Shown piece after piece: positions 8,075 to 16,255 of a stretch of 32,000 bases of DNA (positions are counted from its first letter, which is position 1; each line of letters begins with the position of its first letter). The notes under the pieces are model-generated. The model had not been told where the DNA came from and made no database searches. It saw nothing but the letters and a program-made list of their open reading frames with translations. Position numbers and translations under genes: made by a program. Origin of the DNA: an uncultured Chloroflexia bacterium (GTDB lineage Bacteria; Chloroflexota; Ktedonobacteria; Ktedonobacterales; JADMIN01); assembly GCA_963718915.1 (NCBI GenBank), contig CAVRAI010000006.1, positions 1-32,000 on the forward strand, given 5' to 3'.

Positions 8075-8767
8075 TCAGGTGGCGGCGGGATTTTCCGTCA
8101 GATCCTTGTCTTCCATTTCCCAGGCGTGATCCAGTGTGTGAAACGCGGTGTGCCGAATCAGATACCGGAGCGGCCAGGCGCGGGCTGATTTGCCCTGGGC
8201 GTGGAACTCTCGTATGGCAGCGCAATAGGCGTCGCGGTACGCTCTCAGCTCCTCGTCCGTCAGCAGCGCACCTTGGGGAGCGCGCACGCCGAGCTTGGCG
8301 GCAAAGTCCTGCTCCGCGCCCAACGTATGCCCGACAATACGGTCCCGATCCCGCCCGCCCCCGCGCGGCCCCTTCCGCATCTCCGCCGACACGCGCGAGC
8401 GGACCGCGTCGAAAAACGCCCAGCACGCCTGCATCAGGGTGAGTTCACGTTCCAATTCTTCGCTCGACATGACTTGTTGATCGAAGTCCGAGAACGCGAA
8501 CGAGATGCCCCAGAAGTCCGTTGAGCCTGTGCCAGGATAGCGCTCGACCACGTCAACGGTGGCGCTGGCCGCGTCTGTCGCGAACTGCGCGCCCATTCCC
8601 GCCCGTGTCGCCATCGGCGCATAGCGTGGGAGGTAGGCTTGTAACCGTGCAATCGCGGCCTCCTCGGTCTTGGCGCCGCGCTCGAGGCCGGGCCAATCCG
8701 GCGCCACCGCCACCACCTGCTTGCCTTTCGGGCCGATTTCAAGCGTCACCCGAAGTTTGTTAGCCAT
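8075..8767 (-). CDS. hypothetical protein with DinB-fold-like C-terminal half
   Basis: 230-aa ORF with GGGAG 8 nt upstream of the ATG. His-containing helices (IVGHTLGAEQDF; LIRHTAFHTLDHAWEMED) resemble the DinB/YfiT helical-bundle metal-site pattern. The N-terminal ~60 aa are unassigned. Confidence 0.5.
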   Translation of the reverse strand: MANKLRVTLEIGPKGKQVVAVAPDWPGLERGAKTEEAAIARLQAYLPRYAPMATRAGMGAQFATDAASATVDVVERYPGTGSTDFWGISFAFSDFDQQVMSSEELERELTLMQACWAFFDAVRSRVSAEMRKGPRGGGRDRDRIVGHTLGAEQDFAAKLGVRAPQGALLTDEELRAYRDAYCAAIREFHAQGKSARAWPLRYLIRHTAFHTLDHAWEMEDKDLTENPAAT

Positions 8768-8908
8768 CGCGCTACTCCCAGCACTGAAAATCGCACATCA
8801 CATGCGCATCCATTCTCCATCCCGCATGGGCGAGCGGAAATCGGACAGGCCGTTATGGGCTATGGAGTGTCGCTGGAGAGACGATATCACCAGCACGGGC
8901 AGTGCAAT

Positions 8909-8945
8909 CGCCTCCCAGTGTCCATTTCGACACAACAGGGAGGCG
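8909..8945 (-). terminator. possible stem-loop downstream of dinD (CGCCTCCC..23 nt..GGGAGGCG)
   Basis: 8-bp GC-rich stem about 28 nt after the dinD stop. No U-tract and a long loop, so the call is weak. Confidence 0.25.
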
Positions 8946-8972
8946 GTGATGGAATGGGAATAGCTTGGCCAA

Positions 8973-9881
8973 CTACTCTGACTTTCCCTCATCAGATGAC
9001 GGAAGCGCATCAAAGAGCGTCGGGCTATCCTGCTGTGGGAGTCGCTTCTTGTCCTGGCGTTCCCGCTGGCTCAGCATCGGGCGCAGGGATGGCTCGGCTG
9101 ACAGTTCTTCGGGCATGGTGCCGCCGATGCGCTCGATAACCGTACGCGTTTCCGCGCCGACTTCATAGTGCGCACCCACAATCGCGTCAGTCCCCTGGAT
9201 CTGCTCGTTACGCACCTTGGCCTCGGTCTGCGTGCGCACGAAGAGATTTGCGGCCAGTTCCTCCAGTCCCATGCGGTCGGCGAACTCCTCTTTCGGCGCG
9301 ATGCCTTTCATGGTCTTCAGGTCATGCACCGAGCGATTTCCATAGAGGCCACGGGTTCCGGCATCGTGGAGGCGTCCGAATGAGTGCCGCTCCAACCCAT
9401 ACGCCTGCGCCGTTCCATTCAAGCGTTTGTTCGCCTCAGCGAGTTGCTGCCGTCGCTCGACACGCTCTGCCAGCGCCTCACGCAGCTCGTCCCACTGCTC
9501 CATCCGGCGTGTCTGAATCGCGAAATATCCCTGGGCATTCGCAATCTCTGGCTTGCGGGGGTCGCCGTTCATGGCGGTGAGGTAGCAGCCGAAGCGCGAG
9601 AGCGCATAATCGTCGGCTTCTCGCTGCGCACCGCTGCCAATTTGGACCATTTTGACGGCTCCGGCAAAATGGTCAGCAACCTCTTCGCCCATGTTCGCAC
9701 AGGCTATTTTTGCGCGTTCGATAGCCGTTTCAAAGCGTCGCCAGGTGTCGTAGCCAAGCAGGGGATACAGGTCGCGCGCGCTCCAATACTCCGCGCCATA
9801 GGGGCTGGTCTGGCGGATGGAATCAAACCGCGCCTTGGGGTCATCATTGTCTGCGCTGGTCGGATTGGTCGAATCACTCAC
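8973..9881 (-). CDS. dinD: DNA damage-inducible protein D homologue
   Basis: Collinear with E. coli DinD as I remember it (YWSARDL..LGY, NGDPRKPEIANAQGYFAIQTRR, LEELAANLFVRTQTE, IGGTMPEEL). I prefer the GTG start at 9881, which is preceded by GGAGG with a 7-nt spacer, over the track ATG at 9920. Confidence 0.8.
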   Translation of the reverse strand: MSDSTNPTSADNDDPKARFDSIRQTSPYGAEYWSARDLYPLLGYDTWRRFETAIERAKIACANMGEEVADHFAGAVKMVQIGSGAQREADDYALSRFGCYLTAMNGDPRKPEIANAQGYFAIQTRRMEQWDELREALAERVERRQQLAEANKRLNGTAQAYGLERHSFGRLHDAGTRGLYGNRSVHDLKTMKGIAPKEEFADRMGLEELAANLFVRTQTEAKVRNEQIQGTDAIVGAHYEVGAETRTVIERIGGTMPEELSAEPSLRPMLSQRERQDKKRLPQQDSPTLFDALPSSDEGKSE

Positions 9882-9923
9882 CTTGGAGCCTCCAAACTGC
9901 GATTGACGACAGTGCAACACATA

Positions 9924-10160
9924 TCAAGCGTTTGGTGGAGTCGGATTCCCAAGACTATCCAGATACTCGCGTACCGCATCAGCCCAGCCTAGGTTGTACT
10001 GTGTGAAACGCTGGTCGTCCGGCTTGCGGCGTGGCATTCTACCGAGCGCCTTGACCGCGAACCGCACATTGAGCGGCGGACGTCCGACCGCCTGCTGAAA
10101 GGCGTCGAAGCTGACCCATTGGTTGTGCGCCTCGCCTGTCGCTGGCTCCTTGTCACCCAC
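9924..10160 (-). CDS. hypothetical 78-aa protein immediately upstream of dinD
   Basis: GTG start with AAGGTGG upstream and a protein-like composition. The competing overlapping ORF 9989-10282 looks like frame noise. No family recognised. Confidence 0.35.
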   Translation of the reverse strand: MGDKEPATGEAHNQWVSFDAFQQAVGRPPLNVRFAVKALGRMPRRKPDDQRFTQYNLGWADAVREYLDSLGNPTPPNA

Positions 10161-10256
10161 GAGTCCACCTTCTTCTCACATTGCCTGCACAAATAACACG
10201 TAACCCATGACCTCAGATGTACGGTGGGCCCGCGAATCCACGCGCTTCTATGTTCC

Positions 10257-10265
10257 ATTATAACA
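10257..10265 (-). promoter_or_regulatory. candidate extended -10 (TGTTATAAT on minus strand)
   Basis: Lies in the AT-rich stretch about 95 nt upstream of the 78-aa ORF/dinD pair. The -35 element is weak. Confidence 0.3.
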
Positions 10266-10338
10266 CGACTGCAATGTATCAATAATATACTGTTCGACCC
10301 TTGTACCCGGAAAGCATAGTACGCTCGGCGCAGGATTA

Positions 10339-10361
10339 GCCGCAGGACTTCAGCCTGCGGC
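10339..10361 (-). terminator. possible stem-loop downstream of the membrane-protein gene (GCCGCAGG-7 nt-CCTGCGGC)
   Basis: 8-bp perfect stem about 50 nt after the stop at 10410. No U-tract. Confidence 0.3.
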
Positions 10362-10409
10362 GCGCGTCACCCATCACACATGCCGCCATTCCAGATACAA
10401 CGCCCCACG

Positions 10410-11252
10410 TTAGCGCAGGTCGAGCAGCGGCAGCCCGGTGCGGGCGGCGGCATAGCTCAACAGCGCTTCCATCTGCCGCTGGTATTCTTCATCGGAAGTC
10501 ATTGGGGCAGTTATCGAATACCAGTGCGTGCGAGCGCGAAGTGTCCAACGGACAGCGGATCGCCCTGAGTTGAGCACGTAAACAGCAGTGGCATCAGAAC
10601 GCCGCCCACCTTCGACAAGCGCAAAGACACGGGCATCCTTCCAGGCAACAGCGCTACGCCGTCCAGATTGAACCTGGATAATGCCCTCGTCCGTGATGAG
10701 CATTTGCTGCTGTCGCCAGGGCAGCATAAAAACTGCGATTAGCATGGCTAATCCACAGATCAACGCTAATGTGACGATGATCAGGACGGTGACAGATGAT
10801 TTTTCGAGAGATGCTCCTGCTAAGCGTTCCCTGAGCAGTCCATCTCCTACTGTAAGTCCGGCCAGCACGAGAGTTGCCACGAGGAAGAAGATGGCGTACG
10901 ACGCCAAAGCGATAGGCCATCGAATATGGCGGCGGATTGTTATCGGCGAGACAATCGGCGAGCTATCTGGCACTGGCTGATTTGCTACCATCGGCACATT
11001 ACCTGTGGGAGAAGCGAATGCAGCCTCGAAAAGCGTAGAGCGGCGACGAATACGTGGAATAGCAATAATGCCACCTAAACCGATCGATAGGAGTAGTAAC
11101 CCAGTGGAAAGGTTACTGAATAATCTACGCCAGGCTTCCTGGCTAAATCCTTGTAAAAAAGGGAGTGTAAGAAAGAGAAATCCTGCCAGGAAGAATATCC
11201 AGCTGAAAACCTGCATTTTCCTCCAGCCATATTTGTGACCCAGTACTGCCAT
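10410..11252 (-). CDS. hypothetical polytopic membrane protein with a soluble C-terminal domain
   Basis: 280-aa ORF in a lower-GC segment with at least 4 hydrophobic spans. The C-terminal ~90 aa (ITDEGIIQVQSGRRSAVAWKDARVFALVEGG..) might be bacterial PH-like. Start ambiguous (11252 or ATG 11216). Confidence 0.6.
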   Translation of the reverse strand: MAVLGHKYGWRKMQVFSWIFFLAGFLFLTLPFLQGFSQEAWRRLFSNLSTGLLLLSIGLGGIIAIPRIRRRSTLFEAAFASPTGNVPMVANQPVPDSSPIVSPITIRRHIRWPIALASYAIFFLVATLVLAGLTVGDGLLRERLAGASLEKSSVTVLIIVTLALICGLAMLIAVFMLPWRQQQMLITDEGIIQVQSGRRSAVAWKDARVFALVEGGRRSDATAVYVLNSGRSAVRWTLRARTHWYSITAPMTSDEEYQRQMEALLSYAAARTGLPLLDLR

Positions 11253-11308
11253 TACGATATCCGTAATCCCACCTCCTCCGCGCCTGCTACTTCAGGGCTA
11301 TTTCGCTA

Positions 11309-13528
11309 CTAGTCGATAACCTGCCCGCCCAGCCGTGGCCCTTGCAGGCGCTCGGCCAGGGCGGTATTGCGCGCCGCCAGGGCGTTGTTTTCGACGGCGC
11401 GACGTAACGCGCGGGCATCGCCGACGATCACGCAGAGTTTGCGGGCGCGGGTCATCGCCGTGTAGAGCAGATTGCGCTGGAGCAGCAGATAGTGTTGCGC
11501 GACCAATGGTAACACGACGCAGGGATACTCGCTACCCTGCGCCCGGTGGATGCTGCACGCATAGGCCAGCGTCAACTCGTCCAGTTCATGCATCTCATAG
11601 GTGACAGGGAGCAGTCCCGCACCTACGCCGTCGGGGAAGGCGACCACCACCTGCCGCTCGTCCGTCACGTCCAGAATGCGTCCAAGATCGCCGTTGAAGA
11701 CGCCGCCCGCGCCCTTGTCGTAGTTGTTGCGCACCTGCATCACCTTGTCGCCCGTACGCAGCGTGTGATCGCCAAAGGCCACCTGGCTCGCGGGCGAGGG
11801 ATTCAGCCGCGCCTGCAACGCCTCATTGAGCGCCACGACGCCCGCTGGCCCGCGATACATCGGCGAGAGCACCTGGATATCGGCCACCGGATCGAACCCA
11901 TATTTCGCGGGCAGGCGACGCGCCACCAGATCGACGATCAGCCGTTGCGCTGCGGTGGGATCGCTGGCGGGCAGGAAGAAGAAATCACTCGCGGGCGGCG
12001 ACTTGAGCGCGGGCATCTCGCCACGGTTGACGCCGTGCGCGGTGACGACGATGGCGCTCTCCGCCGCCTGGCGAAATAACTCGGTCAGGTGAATCTGCGG
12101 AACCTGCTCGCTCTTGAGGATGTCCGCCAGCACGCTGCCCGGCCCGACCGACGGCAATTGGTCGGCGTCGCCCACCAGCAGCAGATGCGATTCGGGATGG
12201 ATCGCGCGCACCAGCCGGTAGGCCAGCAGGATATCGAGCATCGAGACCTCATCCACGATGATGTAGCGCTGTGGCAGCGGGCGCTCCTCGTTGTAGCCGA
12301 AGTCGTTGTTATGGGGCTGAAACTCCAGCAGGCGGTGCAGCGTGCTGGCGGGGCGTCCCGTCGCCTCGGTCATACGGCGCGAGGCGCGGCCAGTCGGCGC
12401 GGCCAGGGCATACTGGATACCGCGCGCGTCGAGCATATCCAGCAGCGCGCGCAGCGTCGTCGTCTTGCCGACGCCGGGGCCTCCGGTCAGCACCATCGCC
12501 TTCGACTCCCACGCCAGCCGCACCGCCTCCCGTTGCCGCTCCGCCAGCCTGATGCCCTGCTCCTGTTCGAGCGCGGCGAACGCCTTCTCCCAGGCGGCGT
12601 CACTGACCGGGGGCAGCGTATCGGGCGCGTGGAGCAGCAGCCGCAGCCAGCGGGCGGTCCCGCTCTCGGCGTAGAAGAACGGGGCGAGATAGACGCGATT
12701 CGGCTCCTCGTCGATGAAGACCTCGCGCTCTTTGCGCAGCGCCTCCAGCGCGGGTTCGAGCGCCTCTATTGGCACATCCAGCAGGGCGGCGGCGCGGGTC
12801 AGCGTCTCGGCGCGCGGCAGGTAGCAGTGGCCATCGCTGGAAGCCGCCTCCGAGAGCGCGTGCTTGATGCCAGTCATCAGGCGGGGCTGGGCGTCGTGCG
12901 GCAGACCAAGGCGCACGGCCAGCGCATCGGCGGTGCGGAAGCCGACGCCGTGGATGTCGCGTTCCAGCGCGTAGGGGTTCTCGCGGATGACCTTCTCGGA
13001 CTCCTTGCCGTATTGCTGATAAATCTTGGTGGCGAGGCCCGGCGAGACATCGTGCCCCTGCAAAAAGACCATGATCTCGCGGATATCCTGCTGCTGCGCC
13101 CAGCCCCGCACAATCAGGTCGCGTTTGTGCGCGCTGATGCCGGATATCTCCATCAGCCGCTCCGGCTCCAACTCGAGGACGGCCAGCGTCTGCTCGCCAA
13201 ACGTCTCGACGATGCGCTCCGCCGTCTTTGGCCCGACGCCCTTGATGACGCCGGAGCCGAGGTAGCGCTTGAGGCCCTCCGGGGTGACGGGCGCGTGCGC
13301 GGTGAAGGAGACGACGCGCAGGTGGCGGCCATGCTGCGGGTGCGCCTCCCATTCGCCCGTCACGTCCATCAGTTCGCCCACGCTGATGCCCGGCAGCGCG
13401 CCGACCAGCGTTATCAGCTCGCTGCGAAAGAGGCGGCCCACGTCGTTCGGTCGCAACCGGGCGACGGTGAAGTGCGTCTCCTCGTTGCGAAAGACGATGC
13501 GCTCGATAGTTCCGGCAATGGTCGGCAT
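11309..13528 (-). CDS. recD2: RecD2-type SF1 DNA helicase (RecD/TraA family)
   Basis: 739 aa. N-terminal IERIVFRNEETHFTVARL, HhH region, Walker A GGPGVGKTT, IIVDEVSMLD, LVGDADQLPSVGPG, and C-terminal AYACSIHRAQGSEYP..LLYTAMTRAR. Confidence 0.9.
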   Translation of the reverse strand: MPTIAGTIERIVFRNEETHFTVARLRPNDVGRLFRSELITLVGALPGISVGELMDVTGEWEAHPQHGRHLRVVSFTAHAPVTPEGLKRYLGSGVIKGVGPKTAERIVETFGEQTLAVLELEPERLMEISGISAHKRDLIVRGWAQQQDIREIMVFLQGHDVSPGLATKIYQQYGKESEKVIRENPYALERDIHGVGFRTADALAVRLGLPHDAQPRLMTGIKHALSEAASSDGHCYLPRAETLTRAAALLDVPIEALEPALEALRKEREVFIDEEPNRVYLAPFFYAESGTARWLRLLLHAPDTLPPVSDAAWEKAFAALEQEQGIRLAERQREAVRLAWESKAMVLTGGPGVGKTTTLRALLDMLDARGIQYALAAPTGRASRRMTEATGRPASTLHRLLEFQPHNNDFGYNEERPLPQRYIIVDEVSMLDILLAYRLVRAIHPESHLLLVGDADQLPSVGPGSVLADILKSEQVPQIHLTELFRQAAESAIVVTAHGVNRGEMPALKSPPASDFFFLPASDPTAAQRLIVDLVARRLPAKYGFDPVADIQVLSPMYRGPAGVVALNEALQARLNPSPASQVAFGDHTLRTGDKVMQVRNNYDKGAGGVFNGDLGRILDVTDERQVVVAFPDGVGAGLLPVTYEMHELDELTLAYACSIHRAQGSEYPCVVLPLVAQHYLLLQRNLLYTAMTRARKLCVIVGDARALRRAVENNALAARNTALAERLQGPRLGGQVID

Positions 13529-13699
13529 GGCGTGGTATCAAGTGGTGTTTTCAGAATATGATGAGTAGTACAGCGGATGACGCGGGCTGCCCCGGCATTG
13601 TATCACCTGGGAGCAGGCGGCCTTACACAGCGCGCCCCGGTTGCCATTCCGTCTATACTGTTCCAAAGCGGCAAACCAGTACGGAAGGGTTGCTATTGC

Positions 13700-14209
13700 G
13701 TGAAGCGGATTCTGGTGACGGGGATGTCGGGAACCGGCAAGTCCACGGTCATCGGCGAGCTGGCCGCGCGCGGCTACAAGGCAGTCGATGCGGACATTGA
13801 CGAGTACTCTGAGTGGGTGGAGGTCGTCGGCGACACCGGTGTCCTGGGGTCGCCAGCCTGGGGCGCCAGTGACTGGATGTGGCGCGAGGATCGCATTCAG
13901 GCGCTCTTATCCACCGAGGACGCTGACGTCTTGTTCGTGAGTGGGTGCGCGGCGAACATGCGGATGTTCCTGCCCCAGTTCGATCATGTCGTTCTGCTGA
14001 GCGCGCCCGCCAATGTCATCGTCGAACGATTGCGCACAAGGACGAGCAACTCGTACGGGAAGCGTCCCGACGAAGTTGCTCGCGTGCTGGGCCTAGTGGA
14101 GACGGTCGAGCCGTTGCTGCGCCGCGCCGCGGACCACGAGATCAACACCAGCGCGTCTCTCACCGATGTCGTGGTGACCCTACTCCGGCTGGCGCAGTTA
14201 TCGCAATGA
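13700..14209 (+). CDS. AAA-family ATPase / nucleotide-kinase-like P-loop protein
   Basis: The track ORF is trimmed to GTG 13700 (VKRILVTGMSGTGKSTV..). About 169 aa, a size typical of small AAA_33-like kinases. The upstream 41 codons are Ala/Pro/Gly noise. Confidence 0.7.
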   Translation: MKRILVTGMSGTGKSTVIGELAARGYKAVDADIDEYSEWVEVVGDTGVLGSPAWGASDWMWREDRIQALLSTEDADVLFVSGCAANMRMFLPQFDHVVLLSAPANVIVERLRTRTSNSYGKRPDEVARVLGLVETVEPLLRRAADHEINTSASLTDVVVTLLRLAQLSQ

Positions 14210-14259
14210 TGCACCTGCACGGGTGCTTGCCATAGTGGGAGTGAGGGGCGGGAAATTCG

Positions 14260-14277
14260 CGTAGCGTTCACGCTACG
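14260..14277. terminator. possible bidirectional stem-loop between convergent genes (CGTAGCG-ttca-CGCTACG)
   Basis: 7-bp stem with a tetraloop, between the ATPase stop (14209) and the DinB-family stop (14352). Confidence 0.3.
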
Positions 14278-14351
14278 GCTTGCCTCGCCCATCACAACGC
14301 GCGGGGTTCAGCGATAATAGTGCCAGCATCGAAATGGATGCAATCCGCTGT

Positions 14352-14927
14352 TTATGCCATCCGGGCGCGTAGCTGGCGCTTGAGCATGTCCATCTCGGCA
14401 AGGTGGTCGCGCACATGGCCAAGGGCCGGGAAGAGACAGCGCCAGACCTGCGGGCGCTGGAACATCCACGGCACCTCCTCGCGCATGGCTGGTTCGAGAT
14501 AGACCGGGTAGCGCTGGAGCTGGGCGGGGACATCCGGCTCGCGTGAGAGATCGTCATCGGAGATCGTGCTTAACCACGCCAGCAGGTTCTGATGGACGGC
14601 GTCGGCATATTCCAGGATATCGGCCAGCGCCAGACTGCGCGCCATCTCGTCGGCCTGCGCCTCGCTCAGACCAACGCCAATCCCGTGCGTGACCAGCCGG
14701 CCGCGCCCCTGCCAGTGCGGCTCGTCGATCATCTCTGGCACACCGCGCGCCAGCGTATTGAGCGCCCAGTCCTGAGCGCGGGCAACGTGCCAGAGATCGA
14801 AGGCAAGCAGATTCGTCTGGGGAAGAACGCGCGTGGTCAATTCCGCGGGGGTAAGGTCGTCGCCGACGTCATGCAAAATCAGGTTGGCGCTGGCGAACTG
14901 ACGGGTCAGCAAGTCTGTGGCGCGCAT
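14352..14927 (-). CDS. DinB family protein
   Basis: 191 aa with GGAGG 7 nt upstream of the ATG. Shows DinB_2-like helices with spaced His residues (LILHDV.., FDLWHVARAQDW, ALGHVRDH). Confidence 0.75.
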   Translation of the reverse strand: MRATDLLTRQFASANLILHDVGDDLTPAELTTRVLPQTNLLAFDLWHVARAQDWALNTLARGVPEMIDEPHWQGRGRLVTHGIGVGLSEAQADEMARSLALADILEYADAVHQNLLAWLSTISDDDLSREPDVPAQLQRYPVYLEPAMREEVPWMFQRPQVWRCLFPALGHVRDHLAEMDMLKRQLRARMA

Positions 14928-15006
14928 GGCTTCGCCCTCCTCTGCCTGGCTGTGATATTGCGCCGCGCGGACACGAGTTCATGAGACGCATTATACCCAG
15001 AATCGC

Positions 15007-15032
15007 TCAGAAGTCCAGCGAAGCCGCGTCAC
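15007..15032. repeat. direct repeat copy A (24/26 identical to 15374-15399)
   Basis: tcAGAAGTCCAGCGAAGCCGCGtcac. The 20-nt core is identical to the last codons plus stop of the dsrE-like gene. Confidence 0.85.
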
Positions 15033-15052
15033 CGACTCCCGCGTTCTGTCTT

Positions 15053-15089
15053 CCCCTCTCCTCGCAGGAGAGGGGCTGGGGGTGAGGTC
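15053..15089 (-). repeat. REP-like hairpin element copy 7
   Basis: Identical 37-mer to 5581-5617. It overlaps the stop codon of the DUF2892 gene (15088-15090). Confidence 0.9.
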
Positions 15090-15351
15090 AGCGCGCTTTG
15101 TATGCGCTGCGAATTTGCTTACCTGATATTGGCCCACCCAGCGCGGCGCTGATGAAACAGATGTCGAATACTCCGGCGCTCAACGGGAAAATGCCCCACA
15201 CCAATGACAGAATACCAAGCAGATGATCCCTGAAGACAAGGCCAAGGATGAGGAATCCCAAGCCCGCGACGATGCGAAAGACGCGCCCAGAGGATCCGTT
15301 GATGAAGTGCGAGAAACCTGACTGGTTGAAGGATGTCGCGAGACTGCCCAT
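15088..15351 (-). CDS. DUF2892 (YgaP-like transmembrane domain) small membrane protein
   Basis: Trimmed to ATG 15351 (GGAGG 7 nt upstream; the track start would overlap dsrE). Carries the ..GRVFRIVAGLGFLILGL..LSAGVFDIC.. pattern typical of DUF2892. Confidence 0.65.
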   Translation of the reverse strand: MGSLATSFNQSGFSHFINGSSGRVFRIVAGLGFLILGLVFRDHLLGILSLVWGIFPLSAGVFDICFISAALGGPISGKQIRSAYKAR

Positions 15352-15373
15352 AAAAATACCTCCCCAGGGGCTA

Positions 15374-15399
15374 TTAGAAGTCCAGCGAAGCCGCGCCAC
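15374..15399. repeat. direct repeat copy B (3' end of the dsrE-like gene)
   Basis: ttAGAAGTCCAGCGAAGCCGCGccac. See copy A. Confidence 0.85.
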
Positions 15400-15733
15400 T
15401 CAGCAGGCGCTCTACCGCATTCGCCGCCGTGACGATCTTGGCGCCTTCAATCAGCCGATCCTGGGTGATACCCCGTGGCGTGGCGCAGGCGCCGCAGACC
15501 CAGATTTGGCCGCCATTGCTGCGAAACGACTGTATCACCTCGCTGAGTGGCGGAAAGCCCTCTTTGCGCATGTCATCGGCGTAGCCCGGCGTCGCCAGCC
15601 AGACGCCATCGATCGTCAGCAAGATAACCACATCCTGATCGGCGGATGCTGCTACGTTGCCAACAATAAACGCCAGTGTGGCGCGTTCGGTGTCTTCGCG
15701 ACCGTGGGTGCAGTGGACGAGCAGTGATGTCAT
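15374..15733 (-). CDS. DsrE/DsrF-like sulfur-relay family protein
   Basis: 119 aa: LVHCTHGRED.ERATLAFIVGN...QDVVILLTIDGV...IWVCGACATPRGI, a DsrE-fold pattern. Confidence 0.8.
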   Translation of the reverse strand: MTSLLVHCTHGREDTERATLAFIVGNVAASADQDVVILLTIDGVWLATPGYADDMRKEGFPPLSEVIQSFRSNGGQIWVCGACATPRGITQDRLIEGAKIVTAANAVERLLSGAASLDF

Positions 15734-15768
15734 GGTGAAAAGCTCCTCTCGCAGGCGATTCGACGCCG

Positions 15769-16050
15769 CTACTTGCGCACAAAGACACGCAACAACCGCG
15801 GCGATTCCTCGATCTCAGCCAGCAACGCATGCCCCGACAGGCGACACCACGCGGCGATATCCTCGCGCGCGGTCGGGTCGTTCACGCGAACTTCGAGTAC
15901 CTGGCCGCCCGCCATCTCGCGCAACTTCGCTTTGATGGCCGGGGTCAGCAGGGCGCAGATCGTGCCTTGCGCCGCCGACACCTGCGTCATATCCAGGATC
16001 GCGTCCGGCTGGAGCGCTGGATTCTCGGTTTTTCCTGTATCGGTAGTCAT
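15769..16050 (-). CDS. TusA/SirA-like sulfur-carrier protein with atypical Cys motif
   Basis: Trimmed to ATG 16050 (GGAGG 8 nt upstream). Aligns with E. coli TusA (LD..., ..NDPTAREDIAAWC.. versus DDPATTRDIPGFC), but the active-site region reads GTICALLTP rather than CPxP. Confidence 0.7.
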   Translation of the reverse strand: MTTDTGKTENPALQPDAILDMTQVSAAQGTICALLTPAIKAKLREMAGGQVLEVRVNDPTAREDIAAWCRLSGHALLAEIEESPRLLRVFVRK

Positions 16051-16156
16051 ACACGACACCTCCATGCCGGTCGCTTTTGCACGGCGTTACCAGCCCGCAG
16101 ACTCGCCGTGCTACAATGGCGCCAGCGGCCCTATTGCGGTATGTGCTTTCAGTATG

Positions 16157-16213
16157 TGAGGCGCCGTCGCGCAAGACAATGACTGAGGCTCCGAGACTGT
16201 TGATTGAGGCTCC
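16157..16213 (+). promoter_or_regulatory. three direct repeats TGAGGC(T/G)CC (16157, 16184, 16205), candidate AraC-type operator
   Basis: Two perfect 9-mers lie 21 bp apart, with a third degenerate copy 27 bp upstream. They sit in the divergent region between the tusA operon and the AraC gene. A TGcTACAAT extended -10 candidate lies at 16109-16117. Confidence 0.3.
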
Positions 16214-16255
16214 AGTATTTGCTGGGCTGCATGCTGACGCCAGGGAGAGCACCCG

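Noticed and set aside
10283-10300. LexA/SOS box upstream of the 78-aa ORF/dinD pair
   Set aside because: Only a CGAAC half-site is present (CGAACAGTATATT on the minus strand). The second half does not match GTTC, so I make no SOS-box claim.
12089-13561. 490-aa plus-strand ORF and 313-aa minus-strand off-frame ORF over recD2
   Set aside because: These are antisense or off-frame to a clear RecD2 helicase, so they are high-GC artefacts.
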